From an uncultured Geobacteraceae bacterium (GTDB lineage: Bacteria > Desulfobacterota > Desulfuromonadia > Geobacterales > Pseudopelobacteraceae): a stretch of DNA of 64,000 nt. This document shows, piece after piece, positions 17,515 through 26,020 of this stretch. Numbering within the stretch: the first letter of the stretch is position 1; every line of letters starts with the position of its first letter. The notes beneath the pieces were generated by a model, which saw only the letters and a program-made list of their open reading frames with translations, had not been told where the DNA came from and ran no database searches. Location of the stretch: NCBI GenBank assembly GCA_903852495.1, contig CAINRC010000058.1, forward strand, positions 37,635-101,634. Reading direction: 5' to 3'. Made by a program: the position numbers and the translations under genes.

Positions 17515-18678
17515 ATGCGCAGTGAATTTCTACCGTTTTCAACCCCCACGCTGGAAGATGCGGAAATCAATGAGGTTGTAGATTCCCTCCGCTCAGGCTG
17601 GATTACGACTGGCCCCAAGGTCAAACGGTTTGAGGAGGCGTTCCGCGCCTATGTCGGCGCTCCGTTTGCCGTATCCCTCAGTTCGGCAACCGCCGGACTC
17701 CATCTGACCCTGCTGGCCTTGAAAATTCAGGAAGGTGATGAAATCATCACCACACCGATGACTTTTGCCTCCACCGTCAGCATGATCGTCCTGTGCGGCG
17801 GCAGACCGGTGCTGGTTGATATTGAACCGGGAACACTCAACATTGACGCAGCAAAAATACGGGAAAAGATCACCTCCCGCACCAAAGCCATCATCCCGGT
17901 ACATTTTGCCGGCCAATCCTGTGATATGGACCCGATCTTTGCCCTTGCCAAAGAGTTCAACCTTACGGTCATTGAGGACGCAGCCCACGCCGCCGGAACC
18001 GAATACAAGGGGCGGCGCATCGGCTCACTCGACAGTATTTCCATCTTTTCTTTTCACCCCAACAAAAACATCACAACCGGTGAGGGGGGGATGGTCTGTA
18101 CTCCCGATGAAACTCTGGCTGAAGAGGTGTCACTGCTCAAGTTCCACGGCATGAACAGGGAGGCATGGAAACGCTTTGCCGCCTCGGGGACTCCCAACTA
18201 CGACATCGTCCTGCCCGGCTTCAAATACAATATGATGGATATCCAGGCGGCACTCGGCATCCATCAGCTGCCGAAACTTGATGATTTCATCAACAAACGC
18301 CAGGTGATAGCAGAGTTTTACAACCGTGAACTCGTCGATATTCCGGAACTTGCCCTGCCTGTTTATGCCCCCTATGAACAGCGCCACGCCTGGCATCTGT
18401 ATACACCGCTGGTGAGAATCGAAAAATTATCAATTGATCGTGATCAGTTCATGGCGGAGCTGAAGGGGGAAAACATCGGTACCGGCCTGCATTACAAGGC
18501 GATTCACCATCATGCATGGTACCGGGAAAATCTGCCCCAGGCGGATGGCTCCCTCCCCAATGCCGATTACGCCTCGGACCGGATTCTTTCGCTGCCGCTC
18601 TTTCCAAAGATGACTCTGGAAGATGCCGGCGATGTTGTGAGCGCTGTTAAAACCATTATAGCGAGAAACAGAAAATGA
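17515..18678 (+). CDS. arnB: UDP-4-amino-4-deoxy-L-arabinose--oxoglutarate aminotransferase (DegT/DnrJ/EryC1 family)
   Basis: Start placed at MRSEFLPFSTP (ATG 17515, GGAGGA RBS). PLP-lysine block FSFHPNKNITTGEGG. Confidence 0.9.
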   Translation: MRSEFLPFSTPTLEDAEINEVVDSLRSGWITTGPKVKRFEEAFRAYVGAPFAVSLSSATAGLHLTLLALKIQEGDEIITTPMTFASTVSMIVLCGGRPVLVDIEPGTLNIDAAKIREKITSRTKAIIPVHFAGQSCDMDPIFALAKEFNLTVIEDAAHAAGTEYKGRRIGSLDSISIFSFHPNKNITTGEGGMVCTPDETLAEEVSLLKFHGMNREAWKRFAASGTPNYDIVLPGFKYNMMDIQAALGIHQLPKLDDFINKRQVIAEFYNRELVDIPELALPVYAPYEQRHAWHLYTPLVRIEKLSIDRDQFMAELKGENIGTGLHYKAIHHHAWYRENLPQADGSLPNADYASDRILSLPLFPKMTLEDAGDVVSAVKTIIARNRK

Positions 18679-19610
18679 CCCCGTACATTTCCATTGTCAT
18701 ACCGGTTTACAATGAAGAGCCGAACATCCAGCGGCTTTTTACGCGCCTTTACCCCGTAATGCAGGAGATCGGCAAGCCGTTTGAGATAATCTTTACCGAT
18801 GACGGCAGCCATGACCGTTCTCTTGAAATGCTCAAGAAGCTGGCGGCTGACCATTCCGAGGTCCGGGTAGTGGAGTTTAACGGCAATTTCGGCCAGCATA
18901 TGGCGATCATGGCAGCCTTTGAGATCAGTCGTGGTGAGATCATCATCACCCTTGATGCCGATCTGCAAAACCCACCGGAGGAAATTCCCAAACTGGTTGC
19001 CGCAGTGGAGCGGGGACACGATGTTGTCGGGACAATCCGGCAGCAGCGCCAGGATTCCTTCTTCCGCAAAACGGCATCGCGTCTGGTCAACATCACGACC
19101 CGTAAGATTACCGGCATAAAAATGAGCGACTACGGCTGCATGCTCCGGGCATATCACCGTAACGTGGTGGAGAACATCAACCGCTGCGGTGAAAGTTCTA
19201 CGTTTATTCCCGCTCTTGCGCAAACGTTCGCCTCTAACCCCGGCGAAATTGCGGTGGCCCATGCTGAACGGAGTGAGGGTGAAAGCAAATACTCTTTCTA
19301 CAAATTGATCCGTCTCAATTTTGATCTGATGACCGGCTTTTCGGTGGTGCCGCTTCAGCTCTTTGCCCTGATGGGGATCATGACATCAATCTTCGCTATT
19401 ACCTTCGCCCTGTTCCTGCTGGTGCGCCGCTTTATTGTCGGTGCGGAGGTTGAAGGGGTATTCACCCTGTTTGCCATCATGTTTTTCTTCCTCGGAATAA
19501 CCATTTTCGGCATCGGTATTGTGGGCGAGTATGTGGGAAGGATCTACCAGGAGGTCCGACGTCGTCCACGCTATGTGGTCCGCAAGGTGCACGGAGCCGT
19601 CAATGAATAA
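18675..19610 (+). CDS. arnC: Undecaprenyl-phosphate 4-deoxy-4-formamido-L-arabinose transferase (GT2)
   Basis: 311 aa, collinear with E. coli ArnC (SIVIPVYNEE, DADLQNPPEEIPKLV, ESKYSF, two C-terminal TM segments). 4-nt overlap with arnB. Confidence 0.92.
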   Translation: MTPYISIVIPVYNEEPNIQRLFTRLYPVMQEIGKPFEIIFTDDGSHDRSLEMLKKLAADHSEVRVVEFNGNFGQHMAIMAAFEISRGEIIITLDADLQNPPEEIPKLVAAVERGHDVVGTIRQQRQDSFFRKTASRLVNITTRKITGIKMSDYGCMLRAYHRNVVENINRCGESSTFIPALAQTFASNPGEIAVAHAERSEGESKYSFYKLIRLNFDLMTGFSVVPLQLFALMGIMTSIFAITFALFLLVRRFIVGAEVEGVFTLFAIMFFFLGITIFGIGIVGEYVGRIYQEVRRRPRYVVRKVHGAVNE

Positions 19611-20526
19611 TGTTGTTGTGGCGTGCGCGTATCATAATGTGGGATATCGCTGTCTGGAAGAACTGCTCCGCCAGGGGGCAGATATACGGCTTATTTTCAC
19701 TCACGAAGATTCACCCACCGAGGAGATCTGGTTCTCATCAGTGCGCGAACTGGCCGATCAGCACAGCATCCCGTATGTCACCACGTCAATCAACGAACCT
19801 GAAAATCTGCAGCGGATACGGGACATCGCCCCGGACTTTCTTCTTTCGTTCTACTACCGGAACATGATAGACAGTGAAGTGCTGGATGTTCCCGCGTGCG
19901 GCGCACTTAACCTCCATGGTTCCTATCTCCCTCACTACAGGGGCAGAGTCCCGGTAAACTGGGCAGTTATCAACGGTGAAACCGAAACCGGCGCGACACT
20001 GCATTATATGGTGGCAAAGCCCGATGCCGGCGATATCGTTGACCAGGAAAAAGTGGCAATAGCCTTCACAGATACCGCGTTCAACGTTTTTAGCAAGGTG
20101 ACCGATGCAGCGGTAACGGTAATCCGCCGGGCCTGGCCACAGTTGCTGGCCGGAACGGCACCACGAATCGCAATGGACCTGAAGGCGGGTAACTACTGCA
20201 ACGGCAGGCGGGCGGAAGACGGCAGGATTGACTGGAGCAAAACGTCGCTCCAGATATACAACCTGATCCGTGGCGTTACCCACCCCTACCCTGGCGCGTT
20301 TGCGTACCTGAACGGCAGAAAAATCATCATCTGGCACGCCTGCCCAGCAATCGGCAGCGGCGCTCCGGGACACATCGTTTCCTTGACGCCGTTACTGGTG
20401 GGAACCGGTGACGGACTGCTGGAAATAGAAACAGTACAGATGGAAGGTGAAGCAGAACTTTCCGCAGCAGACTTCATCGTTTCGCTTGATCTTGAAACTA
20501 ACGCCCGTCCACAACAGCTGGACTAA
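19603..20526 (+). CDS. arnA: UDP-Ara4N formyltransferase (N-terminal half of ArnA as a separate gene)
   Basis: Start at MNNVVVACAYHNVGY (ATG 19603, 8-nt overlap with arnC). Formyltransferase motif NLHGSYLPHYRGRVPVNWA. Ends with TAA at 20524-20526. Confidence 0.88.
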   Translation: MNNVVVACAYHNVGYRCLEELLRQGADIRLIFTHEDSPTEEIWFSSVRELADQHSIPYVTTSINEPENLQRIRDIAPDFLLSFYYRNMIDSEVLDVPACGALNLHGSYLPHYRGRVPVNWAVINGETETGATLHYMVAKPDAGDIVDQEKVAIAFTDTAFNVFSKVTDAAVTVIRRAWPQLLAGTAPRIAMDLKAGNYCNGRRAEDGRIDWSKTSLQIYNLIRGVTHPYPGAFAYLNGRKIIIWHACPAIGSGAPGHIVSLTPLLVGTGDGLLEIETVQMEGEAELSAADFIVSLDLETNARPQQLD

Positions 20527-20553
20527 CAAATACTGATAGATAGGATATACAAC

Positions 20554-21594
20554 ATGAAAGTACTTATTCTTGGTGTAAACGGCTTCATCGGCAACGCCCT
20601 CACTCACCGCATCCTCACCACCACCGACTGGGAAGTGTATGGCCTGGACATGGCCTGCGACAAACTCGAACGATCCATAGGTGATGACCGGTTCCACTTT
20701 CTGGAGGGGGACATCACCATCAACAAAGAGTGGATCGAGTACAACATCAAAAAATGTGATGTGGTACTGCCGCTGGTGGCCATCGCCACGCCGGTCACCT
20801 ATGTGAAGGACCCGTTGCGGGTCTTTGAACTCGACTTTGAAGAAAACCTGAAAATCATCCGTCTCTGCGCAAAATACAAAAAACGGGTCATTTTCCCTTC
20901 CACCTCGGAAGTGTACGGCATGAGTCCGGATCAGGAATTTGATGAAGAAACCTCGCCACTGATGCTCGGACCGATTAACAAGGAGCGCTGGATTTACTCC
21001 TGTGCCAAGCAGATGCTGGACCGGGTTATCTACGCCTATGGAGCCCATGAGGGGCTTCAGTATACCCTGTTCCGCCCCTTTAACTGGATTGGTCCGAAAC
21101 TGGACAGCATCAGCACTGCCAAAGAGGGAAGCTCACGCGTTCTGACCCAGTTTCTGTACAATATTCTGGCCGGCGAACCGATCCAACTTGTGGATGGCGG
21201 CAACCAGCGCCGCTCCTTCACCTATGTTGAAGACGGCATCAGCTGCCTGATGAAAATAATAGCTAACGAAAACGGCTGCGCCGACGGCGGCATATTCAAC
21301 ATCGGCAACCCGCACAATGACCTTTCCGTCCGGGAATTAGCAGAGAAGCTGATTGCCTTGATCAAGGAATACCCTGATTATCGGGACAAGGCAGAGAGCT
21401 GCCGCATCGTCGAAGTTACGTCTGACAGCTTTTACGGCAAAGGATACCAGGATATGCTGACACGTGTCCCGTCCGTAAAAAATGCCAAGAACCGCCTTGG
21501 TTGGGAGCCGGAGACAACAGCCGATGATGCACTGCGCAAAACCATGGATTTCTACCTGATTGAAGATCGGGAGAAGATCAAGCACCTGCTCTAG
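20554..21594 (+). CDS. arnA: UDP-glucuronate oxidative decarboxylase (C-terminal half of ArnA as a separate gene; SDR)
   Basis: 346 aa. Rossmann ILGVNGFIGNAL, STSEVYG, catalytic YSCAKQ. Collinear with the E. coli ArnA C-terminal domain. Confidence 0.9.
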   Translation: MKVLILGVNGFIGNALTHRILTTTDWEVYGLDMACDKLERSIGDDRFHFLEGDITINKEWIEYNIKKCDVVLPLVAIATPVTYVKDPLRVFELDFEENLKIIRLCAKYKKRVIFPSTSEVYGMSPDQEFDEETSPLMLGPINKERWIYSCAKQMLDRVIYAYGAHEGLQYTLFRPFNWIGPKLDSISTAKEGSSRVLTQFLYNILAGEPIQLVDGGNQRRSFTYVEDGISCLMKIIANENGCADGGIFNIGNPHNDLSVRELAEKLIALIKEYPDYRDKAESCRIVEVTSDSFYGKGYQDMLTRVPSVKNAKNRLGWEPETTADDALRKTMDFYLIEDREKIKHLL

Positions 21595-21623
21595 GGGTGA
21601 TGTTCTGCGGGGATTACTGATTT

Positions 21624-22523
21624 ATGGAATTACCGGAACCGACAACCGTAGCCTTCAAAGTTGATGTTGACACGTTTGTCGGTACACGCGACGGCATACC
21701 GAAACTGCTGAACACTCTTCAGCGGTTCGGCATCCGGGCCACATTCTATTTTTCACTCGGCCCGGATAATTCAGGTAAAGCCATCAGGCGGATTGTCAAA
21801 AAGGGTTTTCTCAGCAAGATGCTGCGTACCCGGGCCCCTTCAATGTACGGGGTGCGGACCATGTTGTACGGAACGCTGCTCCCGGCGCCGCAGATTGGTG
21901 CCCGGTTGCCTGATGTGATACGCAGTGTCAGGCAGGCCGGACATGAAGTAGGGATTCACTGCTGGGATCATGTCAAATGGCACGACTATCTTGGCCGATT
22001 CACGAAACAGGCCGTTGCGGGGGAGCTAAACCGCTCCGCAGGAATGTTTGAAAAGATCTTCGGTTTTCCAGCCAAAACCACCGCCGCCCCGGGTTGGACC
22101 GTAACCGCTGACTCCCTTGAGATCCAGGACAGCATGCGGCTTGCCTACAGCAGCGATTCCAGAGGCACCGCACCGTTTTTTCCGGTTATGGACGGCCGGC
22201 GCTTTACAACCCTGCAGATCCCTTCCACCTGGCCGACCATGGATGAGCTTCTTGGTGAAAACGGCATAACTCTCGATACTATCAATGACCAGTATCTTGC
22301 ATTCCTGAAGCCGGGTCTCAACGTTCACACCATCCACGCCGAACTTGAAGGAAACGCGCTGAACAGTACGTTTGTAGATCTGCTCACCCGACTCACTTCC
22401 CGTAACGTCCGTTTTATAACCCTTGCTGAAGCAGCTGATGAGTTTGCTGCCAACGCGCCGGCCTGCAGCCTGAAGATGGGCACTATTGAAGGGCGAGCCA
22501 TGCCGGTGGCGCTTCAGGGGTAA
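21624..22523 (+). CDS. arnD: 4-deoxy-4-formamido-L-arabinose-phosphoundecaprenol deformylase
   Basis: 299 aa. FKVDVDTFVGTRDGIPKLL...FYFSLGPDN...HCWDH...IHAELEG, collinear with E. coli ArnD (polysaccharide deacetylase fold). Confidence 0.9.
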   Translation: MELPEPTTVAFKVDVDTFVGTRDGIPKLLNTLQRFGIRATFYFSLGPDNSGKAIRRIVKKGFLSKMLRTRAPSMYGVRTMLYGTLLPAPQIGARLPDVIRSVRQAGHEVGIHCWDHVKWHDYLGRFTKQAVAGELNRSAGMFEKIFGFPAKTTAAPGWTVTADSLEIQDSMRLAYSSDSRGTAPFFPVMDGRRFTTLQIPSTWPTMDELLGENGITLDTINDQYLAFLKPGLNVHTIHAELEGNALNSTFVDLLTRLTSRNVRFITLAEAADEFAANAPACSLKMGTIEGRAMPVALQG

Positions 22524-22540
22524 TAACACATCCGTGGGTA

Positions 22541-22590
22541 CCAACAAAACAGGCACTTACAGATTATTCTGTAGGTGCCCGTTTTGTTGG
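22541..22590. terminator. Long imperfect inverted repeat / terminator candidate after arnD
   Basis: CCAACAAAACAGGCACTTACAG-attatt-CTGTAGGTGCCCGTTTTGTTGG: 22-nt arms with 2 mismatches, starting 18 nt after the arnD stop. No separate T tract. Confidence 0.5.
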
Positions 22591-22729
22591 ATTCAAAAGT
22601 TACAAAAAAGAAAATTACGTCTTATTCCAGTATTTTTATAGGTACGGTATAGGTACGGTCAGGAAGTTATTCCAGCATTTCTCAAGCCGCATTGAAAACG
22701 GCGGAAACGATTCCGGGTGCCGGGAAACA

Positions 22730-23050
22730 TCAGGCGTGTTTCATAGGATGTTCCTTGAGATACACGCGCAACGCCTCATTCATGCGTGTTTGCCATCCCT
22801 TGCCCGTGGCCTTGAATACCTCAAGTATTTCGCAGTCAAACCGGATGTTCTGCGCCACTTTTACGCCACTACCCAACGGACGACCCGGCTTCCTGGTAAG
22901 CATCTCTTCGGCCATATCTTTGCCGAATATCTCCGGCAGTACTTCACGAGCAGGCCGGGCATTGGCGAACATTTCAGCCGTCCATTCGGGGTTTTCTTCA
23001 TCGATCATGTACGGATCAGGTTTTCTCTTTGATGCTGTCATAGCTGACAA
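22730..23050 (-). CDS. brnA: BrnA-family antitoxin (DUF4415/COG3514)
   Basis: IDEENPEWTAEMFANARP...GRPLGSGVKVAQNIRFDCEILEVFKATGKGWQTRMNEALR is typical BrnA. The first codon of the track ORF is TTG. ATG alternatives are at 23041 and 23008. Confidence 0.8.
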   Translation of the reverse strand: MSAMTASKRKPDPYMIDEENPEWTAEMFANARPAREVLPEIFGKDMAEEMLTRKPGRPLGSGVKVAQNIRFDCEILEVFKATGKGWQTRMNEALRVYLKEHPMKHA

Positions 23051-23330
23051 TCTCCCTTCTGTTGGCTTTTCTGAAACTGATTATGTGAACAGCGTCGTCC
23101 CTATATGTGATAATAACGGCGTGTAGTCGATCACCTAACATTGCGAGTACATACAAGCGTCGCTCTCCATAGTCTTTGCGGGTGTCTTCATCAAATATGG
23201 AAGTTGTCCAGTCAAGATCATAGACCAATTCAAACGACAGTCCGCGTTCTTGAATGTTCCTGTTATTCTTGTCTGTGTCATAAGTGATTCTCACGGAGGT
23301 ATTTGTAGCAACAAAAACCACTAATGTCAA
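23016..23330 (-). CDS. brnT: BrnT-family toxin (DUF497/COG2929 ribonuclease)
   Basis: ITYDTDKNNRNIQERGLSFELV...DYGERRLYVLAMLGDRLHAVIITYRDDAVHIISFRKANRRE matches the BrnT fold signature. The track start is TTG (23330). By family alignment the real start is more likely GTG at 23292-23294 (VRITYD). Confidence 0.8.
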   Translation of the reverse strand: MTLVVFVATNTSVRITYDTDKNNRNIQERGLSFELVYDLDWTTSIFDEDTRKDYGERRLYVLAMLGDRLHAVIITYRDDAVHIISFRKANRREIVSYDSIKEKT

Positions 23331-23348
23331 AATAAATGTTGCAACAAT
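23301..23348 (-). promoter_or_regulatory. Candidate brnTA promoter flanked by two palindromic operator-like sites
   Basis: Minus strand: TGTTGCAACA (perfect palindrome, 23338-23347), then TTGACA (23325-23330), N17, TACAAA. The -10 overlaps TGTTGCTACA (23304-23313, near-palindrome). Pattern match only. Confidence 0.4.
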
Positions 23349-23446
23349 AAATAAAAAAGGAGCTGACTTTGCAGGTCAACCCCTCGTTCCTTGATGCTGT
23401 GTACCCTTCAGTTCTGAATCGAAGTAAGCAACTTGGTTCCCACTGG

Positions 23447-24445
23447 TTACGTCATGTTCCAGATCATCATCTCCAGAATATCCTTCCAGCTCTTACCGAT
23501 CTCATTCACAACAGTCGGCTCGAAGCCGCAATGCATCATACACTGGGCGCAGCGGGGATCCCGGCCCACTCCGTATTTCTCCCAGTCAGTTTTTGCCATC
23601 ATCTCCGCAAAAGTCGGATAATGAGCATCGGTAATCAGGTAGCAAGGAGCTTTCCAGCCGCGTGTGTTGCGGGTCGGGTTGCCCCAGGGGGTACATTCCA
23701 GCTTTTTTTCACCCTTCAAAAAACGGAGGTACATGGGGGTTGAAAAGAACCGGTGTTTTTTGCTCATTTCGTACACGTCAACAAACTTCCGCTCGATATC
23801 ACGACGCTCAAGGAACAGTTTTTCGCCGACCGCTTCATAGCCGAAACCGGGCGCAACAAGAACACCGTCTACACCCAACTCCTCAAGCAGGCTGAAAAGC
23901 ATCTCAATTTCAACCAGGTCGGTTTCATTGAAGATGGTCGTATTGGTGCAGACGCGAAACCCTTTTTCCTTGGCCTTTTTAATCGCGGCCAGTGCCGTCT
24001 GAAATGCGCCGCTCCGCTCCAGAATCCGATCATGGGTGGCTTCAAGGCCGTCAACATGAATATTCAGCGTGAAGTTGGGGTGTGGTTTCATGGTGTCGAG
24101 CGCTTTTTCAAGCAGGATGCCGTTCGTGCAGAGGTAGATATGCTTGCCCCGCTCCAGAACCGCGTCTATAAGCTCATAAATCTGCGGGTAAAGGAACGGT
24201 TCGCCTCCTGTTATGGTAACAACCGGGGCTGGACATTCATCAACGGACTGCAGACACTCCTCAAGGCTCATCATGTCCTTGATTGTGTCCGCATATTCAC
24301 GGATTCTGCCGCAGCCGGAACAGGCCAGGTTGCACAGGTGTGTTGGTTCCAGCATCAGCACCAGTGGGTACTTTTCAGTTTTGCTGAGTTTGTTGCTGAT
24401 GATGTATTTCGTGAGGTCGTAATTGAGGCGCATCGGAAAACGCAT
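23447..24445 (-). CDS. hpnH: Adenosyl-hopene transferase (hopanoid side-chain radical SAM enzyme)
   Basis: 332 aa. KYPLVLMLEPTHLCNLACSGCGRIREY (CxxxCxxC) plus the C-terminal DUF3463-type WGNPTRNTRGWKAPCYLI...GRDPRCAQCMMHCGFEP. Confidence 0.85.
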   Translation of the reverse strand: MRFPMRLNYDLTKYIISNKLSKTEKYPLVLMLEPTHLCNLACSGCGRIREYADTIKDMMSLEECLQSVDECPAPVVTITGGEPFLYPQIYELIDAVLERGKHIYLCTNGILLEKALDTMKPHPNFTLNIHVDGLEATHDRILERSGAFQTALAAIKKAKEKGFRVCTNTTIFNETDLVEIEMLFSLLEELGVDGVLVAPGFGYEAVGEKLFLERRDIERKFVDVYEMSKKHRFFSTPMYLRFLKGEKKLECTPWGNPTRNTRGWKAPCYLITDAHYPTFAEMMAKTDWEKYGVGRDPRCAQCMMHCGFEPTVVNEIGKSWKDILEMMIWNMT

Positions 24446-24521
24446 AAATAAGGTTCCTTGTAGTTGTGGCCGTGTTTGTCAAGCACGGCAGTTTATGTAA
24501 CGGTGTGAACGAAAGTCAGAT

Positions 24522-25265
24522 TTATCGTTCCCACATCTCCTTCTTGTCTTTACCGAGATACGCTCGTTTCACCTCGGCATTTTCCAGCAGTTCGTCAGCC
24601 GGACCCTCCAGAATGACTTTGCCGGTTTCCAGGACATAGCCGCGATCGGCCAGCTTGAGAGCCGCCTTGGCATTCTGTTCCACCAGCAGGATGGTGGTGC
24701 CGTTTTCCCGTCGCAGTCGTTCCAGTACCCGGAAAATTTCCTGTACCACCAGCGGCGCAAGCCCCATGGATGGCTCATCCAGAAGCAGCATTTTAGGATT
24801 AGCCATCAGGGCACGACCGATAGCAAGCATCTGCTGTTCCCCGCCCGACATGGTTCCCGCCAGCTGTTTGCGGCGGTCCAGAAGACGTGGAAACAGGCTG
24901 AACACCAGATCCATGTCTTTGTGGATGGCGCCCTTCCCTTCTCTGTTCCGGTAGCGGAGGTATGCGCCGAGTTCAAGGTTGTCCTCAACGGAGAGCGGTT
25001 TGAACACCTGGCGCCCTTCCGGAACCTGGGATATGCCGCGCTGCACGACTTTGTCCGGCGCTAGCGCAGTGACATTTTCCTTGCAGAACTGAATTTCCCC
25101 GGCGGCAGCCGGTGTGACTCCCGAGATCGTGTTCAGGATAGTGGTTTTACCGGCTCCGTTGGCTCCGATCAGGGTTACAATCTCCCCCTCTCCCAGATGC
25201 AGGGAAACGTTTTTGAGTGCGTGAACCTTGCCGTAGTAGGTATTTACGTTTTTCAGACGGAGCAT
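24522..25265 (-). CDS. livF: Branched-chain amino acid-type ABC transporter ATP-binding protein
   Basis: 247 aa. Walker A GANGAGKTT, signature MSGGEQQML, Walker B LLLDEPS. Confidence 0.92.
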   Translation of the reverse strand: MLRLKNVNTYYGKVHALKNVSLHLGEGEIVTLIGANGAGKTTILNTISGVTPAAAGEIQFCKENVTALAPDKVVQRGISQVPEGRQVFKPLSVEDNLELGAYLRYRNREGKGAIHKDMDLVFSLFPRLLDRRKQLAGTMSGGEQQMLAIGRALMANPKMLLLDEPSMGLAPLVVQEIFRVLERLRRENGTTILLVEQNAKAALKLADRGYVLETGKVILEGPADELLENAEVKRAYLGKDKKEMWER

Positions 25266-26020
25266 CAGTCGTCATCCCCCAGATACGCCGCAATGACTTC
25301 CGGGCTTTCCTGGATTTGCTGAGGAGTTCCCTCTGCCAGTTTTTTACCGAGATTAAGTACAACGATCCGGTCACAGATATCCATGACCAGCTCCATGTCA
25401 TGTTCTACCAGAACGACGGTAATGTCCATATCACGAATACGTTTAATCAAAGCAGCCAGGGCAAGGGTTTCCTGACTGTTCAGCCCTGCAGCCGGTTCAT
25501 CCATAAGGATAATGCGCGGTTCCACAGCCAGGGCACGGGCAATCTCCAATAAACGCCCCTTGCCAAACGGAAGATTCCCCGCCTTTTGGTCAGCCAGATC
25601 CGTAATACCGGTAAAATCAAGCCACTTCAAGGCACCCTGACGGATGCGCCGCTCTTCTGAAATGCTCCAGGGAGCTTTGAAAGAGCAGGCCAGCAGTCCA
25701 CTGGTGCTTTTGGTATGCATACCGACCATGACGTTTTCAAGTACCGTCATCCCGCCAAACAGTTCAATATTCTGGAACGTCCGAACCATGGACAGCCGGG
25801 CCAGCCGTTCCGGTGGGAAACCGGTAACGTCTTTACCTTCCAGATACACAGTGCCCGCTGTCTGGTGGTAAATTCCACTGATGATGTTGAAAAGGGTGGT
25901 TTTACCGGCGCCGTTCGGCCCGATAACTCCGGTAATATCACCTTTTGCTATTTTGAAAGAAACAGAGTCAAGAGCGGTGACACCGCCAAAGATCTGTGTG
26001 ATACCGGAGACCTCAAGCAT
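25265..26020 (-). CDS. livG: Branched-chain amino acid-type ABC transporter ATP-binding protein
   Basis: Start placed at MLEVSGITQIFGG (ATG 26018-26020, 8-nt overlap with livM). Walker A GPNGAGKTT, LPFGKGRLLEIARAL, ILMDEPAAG. Confidence 0.92.
   Translation of the reverse strand: MLEVSGITQIFGGVTALDSVSFKIAKGDITGVIGPNGAGKTTLFNIISGIYHQTAGTVYLEGKDVTGFPPERLARLSMVRTFQNIELFGGMTVLENVMVGMHTKSTSGLLACSFKAPWSISEERRIRQGALKWLDFTGITDLADQKAGNLPFGKGRLLEIARALAVEPRIILMDEPAAGLNSQETLALAALIKRIRDMDITVVLVEHDMELVMDICDRIVVLNLGKKLAEGTPQQIQESPEVIAAYLGDDD

Noticed and set aside
20527-20553. Split arnA as a sequencing frameshift or pseudogene
   Set aside because: The gap contains several stop codons in different frames, and the second half has its own ATG. 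Both halves are full-length relative to the E. coli domains.
15076-21048. Minus-strand ORFs of 220 aa (15076-15738), 231 aa (18567-19262), 195 aa (19786-20373) and 218 aa (20392-21048)
   Set aside because: They are antisense to the purN, arnB/arnC and arnA halves, all of which are collinear with characterised enzymes.
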